Assembly: GCA_965230915.1 (NCBI GenBank)
Contig: OZ246395.1
Coordinates: forward strand, 728,935-792,934
From: an uncultured Candidatus Saccharibacteria bacterium
Lineage (GTDB): Bacteria; Patescibacteriota; WWE3; 2-01-FULL-39-13
Direction: 5' to 3'
Length of the DNA stretch: 64,000 bases
In this document: piece by piece, positions 48,576-56,694 of the stretch
How the letters are laid out: the number at the start of each line of letters is the position of its first letter
Position numbering within the stretch: the stretch's first letter is position 1
Notes under the pieces: model-generated
Told to the model about the DNA's origin: nothing
Seen by the model: the letters and a program-made list of their open reading frames with translations, nothing else
Database searches by the model: none
Position numbers and translations under genes: made by a program

Positions 48576-49052
48576 TTATTTAACAGGCAAATAAACAGTT
48601 ACTTTTGAATTCAAACTTCCCGGAACTCCACCTTTTACCATAACTACATTTGAATTTGTATCTACACCTAAAAATTTTGTAACAACAGCAATTTTGTCAT
48701 TTCCCATTCTTCCTGGCATTTTTCTTCCTGGCATAACACGACCGTCTCCCTGAGCTCCAACTGATCCTGTTGATCTATGTTTATCTTTTGTACCATGAGT
48801 AGCTGGTCCGCCTGAAAAGTTATATCTCTTCATTACACCTTGAAATCCTTTACCCTTTGAGCTTCCTTCTACTTTAATAACAGTTTTTGAATCAAATCCT
48901 TCAAACAATTTAAGATCTTCTGCATTTTCTAATTTAAGGCTAGTAAATGGAACCAAATACGAGTTCTCGTCGAACAATTGGGACATTGAACCCTTTATGG
49001 TCTTAACTCTTGTGTATTTATTTGTATCTTTTGTATTTAATGGTTTTCTCAT
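48576..49052 (-). CDS. rplC: 50S ribosomal protein L3, internally shortened (158 aa)
   Basis: KGSMSQLFD, SKGKGFQGVMKRYNF, PATHG, KMPGRMG, VKGGVPG. Confidence 0.93.
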   Translation of the reverse strand: MRKPLNTKDTNKYTRVKTIKGSMSQLFDENSYLVPFTSLKLENAEDLKLFEGFDSKTVIKVEGSSKGKGFQGVMKRYNFSGGPATHGTKDKHRSTGSVGAQGDGRVMPGRKMPGRMGNDKIAVVTKFLGVDTNSNVVMVKGGVPGSLNSKVTVYLPVK

Positions 49053-49092
49053 AATTTTGATCTTTCAAAATTAGTAGCGACTTCTCGCGTCT
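49050..49092 (-). promoter_or_regulatory. two-hairpin leader motif, copy upstream of rplC
   Basis: AGAC-GCGA(GAAG)TCGC-TAC-TAATTTTGA(AAGA)TCAAAATTA-TG. Confidence 0.6.
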
Positions 49093-49180
49093 TTTGGTAC
49101 ACGAACACTAGTCAATAAAATAGAGCTTTCGCCCTTACCTTTTATGGCCATTTATTCTTAGTTAACTTTGAGCACTGGTT

Positions 49181-49510
49181 TTAGCTTTTTATAGTTATTC
49201 CAGCACTTGTAGGCAGTTTTAAATTTGAGAGCTCAGCTATTGTGTTAGCCGTCGGCTCCAATATATCGATTATTCTCTGGTGCGTTCTTCTTTCAAACTG
49301 TTCAAAGGATCTCTTGTCATTGTTAGCAGCACGCTGAAAGCTGAAAATTTCTACCTTTGTTGGTAATGGAACTGGTCCAGAAATTTTAGCTCCGGTTCTG
49401 ATAGCAACATCAACAATCCTCTGAGCACTTTGATCAATAGTTCCAATATCATATGATTTTATTTTTACCCTTATTCTGTTTGTTGCGTTTGATTTGGTTT
49501 TCTTTTCCAT
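49181..49510 (-). CDS. rpsJ: 30S ribosomal protein S10
   Basis: IRVKIKSYD, GPVPLPT, EQFERRTHQR. Confidence 0.96.
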   Translation of the reverse strand: MEKKTKSNATNRIRVKIKSYDIGTIDQSAQRIVDVAIRTGAKISGPVPLPTKVEIFSFQRAANNDKRSFEQFERRTHQRIIDILEPTANTIAELSNLKLPTSAGITIKS

Positions 49511-49523
49511 AATGTACTCTTAC

Positions 49524-49564
49524 AAAAGATAAGGGGAGGCCTATTACGGTCTCCCCTTGATCTT
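49524..49564 (-). terminator. hairpin/terminator between tuf and rpsJ
   Basis: AAGGGGAGACC-GTAATA-GGCCTCCCCTT followed by ATCTTTT. Confidence 0.75.
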
Positions 49565-49575
49565 ACTTAAGTTAA

Positions 49576-50757
49576 TTACTTAACAATTTTAGTAACAACT
49601 CCGGCTCCTACAGTCTTGCTTCCTTCACGGATAGCAAACTTAAGACCTTCCTCAACAGCGACTGGAGTTATAAGTTCAACAGTCATTGTTGTGTTATCAC
49701 CTGGCATAATCATTTCTACACCTTCTGGAAGTGTAACATCTCCGGTAACGTCTGTAGTTCTAATATAGAACTGTGGTCTGTAACCGCTAAAGAATGGTGT
49801 GTGTCTTCCACCTTCTTCTTTAGATAAAACGTAAACTTCAGCTTCAAATTTAGTATGAGGAGTGATGCTACCTGTAGCAGCAATAACTTGTCCTCTTTCG
49901 ATGTCAGTTCTTTCAACACCTCTTAAAAGGATACCAACGTTGTCGCCAGCTAAACCTTCGCTTAGTTGTTTATTGAACATTTCGACTCCGGTAACGACTG
50001 ATTTCTTTGTGTCACGAAGACCAACGATTTCAATTTCTTCGTTAACGTTTACTCTTCCTCTTTCGATACGACCTGTTGCAACAGTTCCTCTACCTTTGAT
50101 AGAGAAAACGTCTTCAACTGGCATCAAGAATGGTTTGTCTAATTCACGGACTGGTGTAGGAATCCAGTTATCAACTGCATCCATAAGTTCATCGATTTTT
50201 TGACCCCATTTTTCATCACCTTCGAGTGATTTGAGCGCTGAACCAACAATCATTGGTGTATCAGCTTCGTAGTCATTTTTGACAAGAAGATCTTTTAATT
50301 CTTCTTTAACAAGTTCGATAAGGTCTCCACCGTCTTCACCAACCATGTCAGCTTTATTTAAGAAAATAACAAGTTTTGGAACTCCAACCTGCCTAGCCAA
50401 AAGAATATGTTCTCTGGTTTGTGGCATTGGTCCATCTGCTGCAGAAACAACAAGAATAGCGCCATCCATTTGAGCTGCACCAGTGATCATGTTTTTGATG
50501 TAGTCAGCATGTCCAGGAGCGTCGATATGAGCATAGTGTCTCTTTTCTGTTGAATATTCAACGTGAGAAACATTAATAGTGATACCTCTTGCTCTTTCTT
50601 CTGGAGCTTTATCGATTTGATCGAAAGCTTTGAAATCAGCTAAACCTTTGTCAGCAAGTCTCTTTGTGATAGCTGCTGTAAGGGTGGTTTTTCCATGGTC
50701 AACGTGGCCAATAGTTCCGACGTTTACATGTGGTTTACTTCTATCTAAAGTAGCCAT
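49576..50757 (-). CDS. tuf: elongation factor Tu
   Basis: [35 protein letters not shown]. Confidence 0.99.
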   Translation of the reverse strand: MATLDRSKPHVNVGTIGHVDHGKTTLTAAITKRLADKGLADFKAFDQIDKAPEERARGITINVSHVEYSTEKRHYAHIDAPGHADYIKNMITGAAQMDGAILVVSAADGPMPQTREHILLARQVGVPKLVIFLNKADMVGEDGGDLIELVKEELKDLLVKNDYEADTPMIVGSALKSLEGDEKWGQKIDELMDAVDNWIPTPVRELDKPFLMPVEDVFSIKGRGTVATGRIERGRVNVNEEIEIVGLRDTKKSVVTGVEMFNKQLSEGLAGDNVGILLRGVERTDIERGQVIAATGSITPHTKFEAEVYVLSKEEGGRHTPFFSGYRPQFYIRTTDVTGDVTLPEGVEMIMPGDNTTMTVELITPVAVEEGLKFAIREGSKTVGAGVVTKIVK

Positions 50758-50951
50758 TTTTATTTAAATAAGGGAGGGACTACAAAAATCACCTATACTA
50801 AGTAATTTTTATACACCCATAAAACTAAATAAGCTTTATATAACACCTAAAGTTAGAGCTGCACTGAGTCTAGGGGGACTAACAGCACAGTTAACAGACA
50901 CAATTCTAGCATATAAGGCTAAATATTCAATATATTTGGCCCTTTTTACTT

Positions 50952-53057
50952 TTATCTACCTCTTTTGCTCTTAACCTTCTCTGCAATATTCGAAGGGACT
51001 TCTTCGTAGTGGCTTGGAACAAGGCTTGGAGGAGCAGCTCTTCCCTGCGTCAAACTTCGTAAAACAGTTACATATCCGAACATTTCTGATAGAGGAACAA
51101 GTGCTTTTATGACTTGAGCCCCGATTTTCTGCTCTGTACCTTGAATAATAGCTCTTCTTGATGATAAATCTCCGATAACATCCCCAATAAATTCATCAGG
51201 AACCACAACTTCAGCTGCCATAATTGGCTCTAATAGAACTGGCCCAGCTTTTTTGGCACCTTCTTGCAATGCGGTTGAAGCAGCAATATGGAATGCTAAT
51301 TCTGAAGAGTCGACGTCATGATAAGAACCGTCAAATAGAGCAACTTTAAGGTCGACCATTGGGTATCCCCATTCGACACCTTTTCCGATAGCTTCTTTTA
51401 GTCCTTTTTCAACTGGAGCAATAAATTCTTTTGGAATAGCACCCCCGATAATCTCGTTTACGAATTCGTAACCTGTACCTCTTGGCTGTGGTTCTAGTCT
51501 TAACCAAACATGACCATACTGACCTTTACCTCCGGACTGTCTAATGTATTTGCCTTCGACTTCTGTAGCTTTTCTAATGGTTTCTCTAAAAGCAACTTGA
51601 GGAGCTCCAACGTTAACATCAACTCCCATGTCGCGCTTTAAAATGTCGACTTTAATTTCTAATTGGAATTCTCCAACCCCAGAGATCAAAGTTTGACCAG
51701 ATTCTGGATCTGACCCAATATGGAAGGTTGGATCTTCATCGGCAAGTTTCTTTAGTGCCATACCCATTTTTTCCTGGTCAGATTTTGTCTTTGGTTCAAC
51801 CGCCATAGAAATAACTGGCTCAGCAAATGTAATTGTTTCTAATTGAATCGGATCATCCTGATTTGATAAGGTGTCTCCGGTTGTGGTTTCTTTCAGACCA
51901 ACAGCGGCCGCAATTTCTCCTGCCTTTACTGTTTTGACTTCTTCGCGATCATTAGCATGCATCAAAACTATACGTCCTAATCTTTCTTTTGTATCTTTAG
52001 TTGAGTTATAGATATATGAACCTGATTCGATTGTTCCAGAGTAAACTCTGAAGTAAACTAAACGGCCAACATATGGGTCAGTAACAACTTTGAAGGCTAA
52101 AGCAGCGAAAGGTTCTTTTTCATCTGGTTTACAGGTAACTGTTTCTCCAGTTTTAACTTTAACTCCTTCTGCTGGAACAACCTCTAATGGTGAAGGTAAA
52201 TACTGAACAGCTGAATCTAAAATTAACTGAACCGCAATACCTCTAAAATCTCCTCCAACTACTGGATAGAAATCGTATTCTAAGTGAATGGTGCTTTTTC
52301 TGACGACTGATTTGATTTCGTCTACTGTAAGTTCTTCTCCATTTAGATATTTTTCCAGTAAAGATTCGTCTGATTCGACAGCTTTTTCGATCATTTCTGT
52401 TCTATATTTTTTGACCTGCTCCATCATGTCTGCTGGAACTTCGCCGACCTTCATTTCTTTATCGGTATAGTCATTGTATTGGTATGCCTTCATTTCGATA
52501 AGATCGACCCATCCGTTAATTTCTTTTTCGAAACCAATTGGAAGAACGATTGGATATGCATTCTTGGTCAATCTATTTTTGATAGAAGCTAGAGTTTTAT
52601 AGAAATCTCCACCCGTTTGATTAATTTTGTTAATCGCAAACATACGAGGAACATGATATTTGTCGGCTTGTCTCCAAACAGTTTCTGTTTGAGCTTCAAC
52701 TCCCATTTTTCCGTCTAAAACAACACAAGCTCCATCAAGAACTCTTAGTGAACGCTCAACTTCAACAGTGAAATCTACGTGTCCAGGTGTGTCGATAATG
52801 TTAATACGGTGGTCTTTCCAGAATGATGTGACAGCGGCAGAAACAATGGTAACTCCGCGTTCTCTTTCTTGAACCATCCAGTCCGTAACAGTATCGCCGT
52901 CGTGAACAACTCCGATTTTATGTTTTAAACCTGTTTGGTAAAGAATAGCTTCTGTTGTAGTGGTTTTACCGGCATCGATATGCGCGATAATTCCTATATT
53001 TCTAATTTTATCTATTGGGATATTTTGTGCTTTATTTGCAACGTGAATGTCTGCCAT
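50952..53057 (-). CDS. fusA: elongation factor G
   Basis: AHIDAGKTT, QERERG, DTPGHVDF, RQSGGKGQYGHV, DGSYHDVDSS. Confidence 0.99.
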   Translation of the reverse strand: MADIHVANKAQNIPIDKIRNIGIIAHIDAGKTTTTEAILYQTGLKHKIGVVHDGDTVTDWMVQERERGVTIVSAAVTSFWKDHRINIIDTPGHVDFTVEVERSLRVLDGACVVLDGKMGVEAQTETVWRQADKYHVPRMFAINKINQTGGDFYKTLASIKNRLTKNAYPIVLPIGFEKEINGWVDLIEMKAYQYNDYTDKEMKVGEVPADMMEQVKKYRTEMIEKAVESDESLLEKYLNGEELTVDEIKSVVRKSTIHLEYDFYPVVGGDFRGIAVQLILDSAVQYLPSPLEVVPAEGVKVKTGETVTCKPDEKEPFAALAFKVVTDPYVGRLVYFRVYSGTIESGSYIYNSTKDTKERLGRIVLMHANDREEVKTVKAGEIAAAVGLKETTTGDTLSNQDDPIQLETITFAEPVISMAVEPKTKSDQEKMGMALKKLADEDPTFHIGSDPESGQTLISGVGEFQLEIKVDILKRDMGVDVNVGAPQVAFRETIRKATEVEGKYIRQSGGKGQYGHVWLRLEPQPRGTGYEFVNEIIGGAIPKEFIAPVEKGLKEAIGKGVEWGYPMVDLKVALFDGSYHDVDSSELAFHIAASTALQEGAKKAGPVLLEPIMAAEVVVPDEFIGDVIGDLSSRRAIIQGTEQKIGAQVIKALVPLSEMFGYVTVLRSLTQGRAAPPSLVPSHYEEVPSNIAEKVKSKRGR

Positions 53058-53105
53058 AACTGCAATATTTAAACATATTTAAACTTTTGGCGCAATGAGA
53101 ACAAT

Positions 53106-53148
53106 AAAACAATTCCCCTTAATGGCTAGATTTCTGCCACTAAGGGGA
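53106..53148 (-). terminator. intrinsic terminator after the orphan ORF
   Basis: TCCCCTTAGTGGC...GCCATTAAGGGGA followed by ATTGTTTT. Confidence 0.7.
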
Positions 53149-53155
53149 GCACACA

Positions 53156-53548
53156 TTAGCCACCTGGGCTAGCTTGGGCTGCAAAAACGCGATCCCTATA
53201 ATTCGCTAACGCCTTTCCGAATTGAACAAGTAGCTCCAGGCCTTCGTCATTTAGAATGCCTGCGACACCGATGTGACGCTCGCATTCCTGGCCGTCATGA
53301 CTTACCCTTGGCAAAAGTATCGCCATATTCTGACCGTGGCCGTAGAAGTAAATAAATAACCATTCATAGGCATCGGACGTTATCTTCCTGGCTTTACGCA
53401 CTGTGGCGTCCACATTTCCTGCCAGTTGGTATAACAAGTCTTCAGTCCAACCTACACCTTGGTAGGCGAGTTGGATTCCGTCAACTTCAGGGGGATACAT
53501 TACATCCCAGTTCCCATAGCGCAACCCTTCTATTTTAGGACTTGCCAC
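53156..53548 (-). CDS. orphan hypothetical protein (GC-richer)
   Basis: GTG start with SD-like GAAAGGA, upstream TATAAT, own terminator. Confidence 0.6.
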   Translation of the reverse strand: MASPKIEGLRYGNWDVMYPPEVDGIQLAYQGVGWTEDLLYQLAGNVDATVRKARKITSDAYEWLFIYFYGHGQNMAILLPRVSHDGQECERHIGVAGILNDEGLELLVQFGKALANYRDRVFAAQASPGG

Positions 53549-53611
53549 TTTATCTTTCCTTTCTGAATCGAATATAGAGATAGATCTTTGGCGGGCTAAT
53601 TATAATATAAA

Positions 53612-54577
53612 TTAAGTATTATTCGAATTATCTAGATAATCTTTCTGATAAAATCCCCGACCTAACCATTTATGGCGCTCGGTAAATTCTTCTCCCGTAA
53701 AAAGGTTTCTTTCTATATGTTTAGTAGCTTGATTCATTTCGGCACTATTAGCATCAACAAAGCTCAAAATTAGCGCTTCCAGTGTTTGTGGCTGAATCGG
53801 GCTTCCATATTCTAGCTTGCCCTGATGGCTTAGAATTAAATGGTATAACTTATTCCTTAATTCTGTTGGGAAATCAGGCATTTTTTCGATTATTCGATCA
53901 ATCATCAAAAGCCCTTGTCCAATGTGAGCAACTAACTTGCCCGAAGTACTTCTTGCTAAAGTAGCACCAACTATTTCGAGCTCTTCGATTTTACCTATAT
54001 CGTGAAAAATTGTTCCGGTAAAAAGAAGATCCCAGTCCAGCTGAGGATATAGCTTCACATACGCTTTGCCTAAAATATACATTTCCCATGTATGTTCTAG
54101 TAAGCCTCCGATATATGCATGATGGACCATTTCTGCCGCAGGGTAGTTATAAAATAAATCTTTATTGGTTTGATTATTCCAAAAAGTCTCGAGCAGTGAT
54201 TTAAGGTGTGGATTTTTAATGCTTTTTATTTCGTCCATTAAATCTTGCATCATTTCTGATCTATCGCGGCTTGTTACTGGTAAAAATTCTTCCGGAGCAA
54301 TATCGTTACAAATTTGCATCTCATTAATAATTAATTGGAATTTTCCCATATATTCTTTTACAGTTCCTGATACATATACTATTTGGCCAACTTTAGAATT
54401 CTGGTCACAAAGTGCAAAATCTTCTGGAAAAATTCTTGCACGGATTTCACCTGTTTTATCACTAAGCAGTACATTGTAATAAGGTTTGTTTTGTTGGCTA
54501 TTTTTTAATTCGAATTCTCTAAGCGCGAATGGGTTTTTTGAAAGTTTTTGTTCAAGTTTTAAATCTGAAATTTGCAT
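53612..54577 (-). CDS. YhaM/Cbf1-like 3'-5' exoribonuclease (OB-fold + HD domain)
   Basis: LSDKTGEI OB fold, PAAEMVHHAYIGGLLEH, FHDIGKIEE, HLILSHQGKLEYGSP. Confidence 0.88.
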   Translation of the reverse strand: MQISDLKLEQKLSKNPFALREFELKNSQQNKPYYNVLLSDKTGEIRARIFPEDFALCDQNSKVGQIVYVSGTVKEYMGKFQLIINEMQICNDIAPEEFLPVTSRDRSEMMQDLMDEIKSIKNPHLKSLLETFWNNQTNKDLFYNYPAAEMVHHAYIGGLLEHTWEMYILGKAYVKLYPQLDWDLLFTGTIFHDIGKIEELEIVGATLARSTSGKLVAHIGQGLLMIDRIIEKMPDFPTELRNKLYHLILSHQGKLEYGSPIQPQTLEALILSFVDANSAEMNQATKHIERNLFTGEEFTERHKWLGRGFYQKDYLDNSNNT

Positions 54578-54619
54578 ATTGATATCTTAACACTAAAAAA
54601 TATGTAGAAATAGAATAAT

Positions 54620-54673
54620 CAGCGCATATGGTGAAACTGCAAGCTTTTTTGAGCTTACACACCATATGCGCTG
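54620..54673 (-). terminator. long bulged hairpin downstream of the small orphan ORF
   Basis: Perfect 14-bp CAGCGCATATGGTG/CACCATATGCGCTG plus inner TGTAAGCT/AGCTTGCA. Confidence 0.65.
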
Positions 54674-54695
54674 CCTGGGGACAAACACAAAGGAT

Positions 54696-54902
54696 CTACG
54701 TTGCCAGAGCAAGCAGCTTGTCTAGATGCGGCTGTGATCCATTGGTAACTGTTGCAGGCTGACTGCTTTCAGCCGAAGGCTGCGGTACAAAATATACAGG
54801 GCTATGCCTGAATGTGCCATTGCCGATACCAAGCTGTAATTGCACAGCACTGGGTGGTGTTGTTTGAGCCGACGGTGCGGCTTCAATAAACAAACCTGAC
54901 AT
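54696..54902 (-). CDS. small orphan protein (about 68 aa)
   Basis: ATG 54902 preceded by SD-like AAGAGGT; GC-richer; followed by a hairpin. Confidence 0.4.
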   Translation of the reverse strand: MSGLFIEAAPSAQTTPPSAVQLQLGIGNGTFRHSPVYFVPQPSAESSQPATVTNGSQPHLDKLLALAT

Positions 54903-54984
54903 GATAATACCTCTTTCTTTGTGAAATTCTATTCGATCCAGCAATCTTCTCTTTGAGTATATGAAACGAATCGATATCTGACAA

Positions 54985-55686
54985 TCAACAAATAGTGTCT
55001 AAATACTCCTCATCTTTAAGCGACATAAAATTTGCGTCGCCAACGATTACATGGTCAATAATTGGAATTCCAATTACCTTTGAAATGCTTATTAATTTTT
55101 CTGTAACTATTAAATCTTCTTTACTCGGATTTGAATCTCCGGATGGATGGTTATGCGCCAAAATAATAAACGAAGCTCGACGATTTATTGCCGCTTTAAA
55201 AACTTCTCGCGGATGAACTAAAGATTGGTTTACTGTGCCAATCGAAATGTTGTCCATGGCAATTAAGTGATACCTAGCATCGAGTGTAATAATTAAAAAA
55301 TGTTCGGTCTGCTTATCTTCGAGATATGGGCGAATTAAATCGTAAATTTTTTTAGAACTGGTATATTCTTCTGATCTTAAAATCGGCGCTCCAGATAATC
55401 GACGGGCTAACTCTACACAGGCCATAAGTTCACAAGCTTTTGCCATACCAATACCTTTTAGCGATAAAATTTCACCAATGGATAGCCGCTTTAGAGCGAA
55501 AATATCTCCAATATTTGAAAGAATATTTTGAGACATCATGTTAACTGGCGCACCTTTATAACCTTTATTTAGAATAAGTGAAAGTAACTCGGAATTGGTT
55601 AATGCAGCCGAGCCCAAAGAAAGCATTCTTTCTCTGGGTCGCTCGTCTTTAGGTAGGTTTTTTAATTTAACCTTTTTTTGCTGCAT
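54985..55686 (-). CDS. radC: RadC (UPF0758) JAB-domain protein
   Basis: ERPRERM, LTNSELL, KGIGMAKA, VHPREVF, AHNHPSGDSNPSKED, DHVIVG. Confidence 0.95.
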   Translation of the reverse strand: MQQKKVKLKNLPKDERPRERMLSLGSAALTNSELLSLILNKGYKGAPVNMMSQNILSNIGDIFALKRLSIGEILSLKGIGMAKACELMACVELARRLSGAPILRSEEYTSSKKIYDLIRPYLEDKQTEHFLIITLDARYHLIAMDNISIGTVNQSLVHPREVFKAAINRRASFIILAHNHPSGDSNPSKEDLIVTEKLISISKVIGIPIIDHVIVGDANFMSLKDEEYLDTIC

Positions 55687-55754
55687 AAGAAAAGACTACA
55701 CAGCTAGAATTAAAAAAAATTTAATACGGAATTAAAAAAAGGTTAATAAAAACT

Positions 55755-55781
55755 AAAAAACCCGGGGCTGTGCCCGGGTTT
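55755..55781 (-). terminator. intrinsic terminator after rpsG
   Basis: AAACCCGGGC-ACAG-CCCCGGGTTTTTT. Confidence 0.8.
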
Positions 55782-55793
55782 ATAGCGAAGTGA

Positions 55794-56264
55794 TTACCAC
55801 TTAAAGTGAGAGAAAGCCTTATTGGCCTCTGCCATTCTAATGGTATCTAGTTTCTTTTTGATTGCAGAGCCTTCGTTATTGTAAGCATTTTTAATTTCAG
55901 TTACTAAACGATCTGCAAATGGTCTTCCTTTCGATGCTCTTGCAGCGTCGATTAACCATCTCATTGCTAAAGTTTCAGCTCTATCATGTCTGACTGGAAC
56001 TGGAATCTGGTAGTTTGCTCCACCGACTCTACGACTTCTAACTTCCAGTTCTGGCATCAAGTTCTTGATAGCTTCTTCGAAAAATCTTCGAGATTCTTTA
56101 GGATCATCGTTTCCAACTTTATCTAATGATTCGTAAACGATTTTGCGAGCAATAGATTTCTTTCCATCGTACATAACCATGCTAATAAGCTTGCTTACTA
56201 CTCTAGACTTAAATTTTGCGTCAGGTTCTTTTGGTTGTTTATTAATTGGTTTACCTCTTGCCAT
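55794..56264 (-). CDS. rpsG: 30S ribosomal protein S7
   Basis: GKKSIA, EVRSRRVGGANYQIP, MAEANKAF. Confidence 0.97.
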   Translation of the reverse strand: MARGKPINKQPKEPDAKFKSRVVSKLISMVMYDGKKSIARKIVYESLDKVGNDDPKESRRFFEEAIKNLMPELEVRSRRVGGANYQIPVPVRHDRAETLAMRWLIDAARASKGRPFADRLVTEIKNAYNNEGSAIKKKLDTIRMAEANKAFSHFKW

Positions 56265-56270
56265 TTTTTA

Positions 56271-56693
56271 TTATGCTTTTGGAGCAGATGGTTTCTTTGT
56301 TCCATACAATGAGCGGCCATTTGATCTGCCGTTGACTCCTTGTAGGTCGAAAGTTCCACGAACTATTGTATAACGTACTCCAGGAAGATCTTTAACTCTT
56401 CCTCCTCTTACTAAAACAACAGAGTGTTCTTGTAAGTTATGGCCTTCGCCAGGAATATAAGCAGTTACTTCTCTGTTATTTGAAAGTCTGACTCTAGCGA
56501 TCTTTCGAAGTGCTGAGTTAGGCTTCTTTGGAGAAGTGGTTCTAACGCTCAAGCAAACTCCTCTTTTGAAAGGAGAATTTGTCTCGACGTATCTTCTCTT
56601 TTTAGAGTTATACATCACGGACAATGCTGGGGTCGAAGCCTTGCTTTTTAATCTTTTTCTTCCTTTTCTTACTAATTGGTTTACTGTTGGCAT
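56271..56693 (-). CDS. rpsL: 30S ribosomal protein S12
   Basis: [30 protein letters not shown]; start set at MPT. Confidence 0.98.
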   Translation of the reverse strand: MPTVNQLVRKGRKRLKSKASTPALSVMYNSKKRRYVETNSPFKRGVCLSVRTTSPKKPNSALRKIARVRLSNNREVTAYIPGEGHNLQEHSVVLVRGGRVKDLPGVRYTIVRGTFDLQGVNGRSNGRSLYGTKKPSAPKA

Positions 56694-56694
56694 C

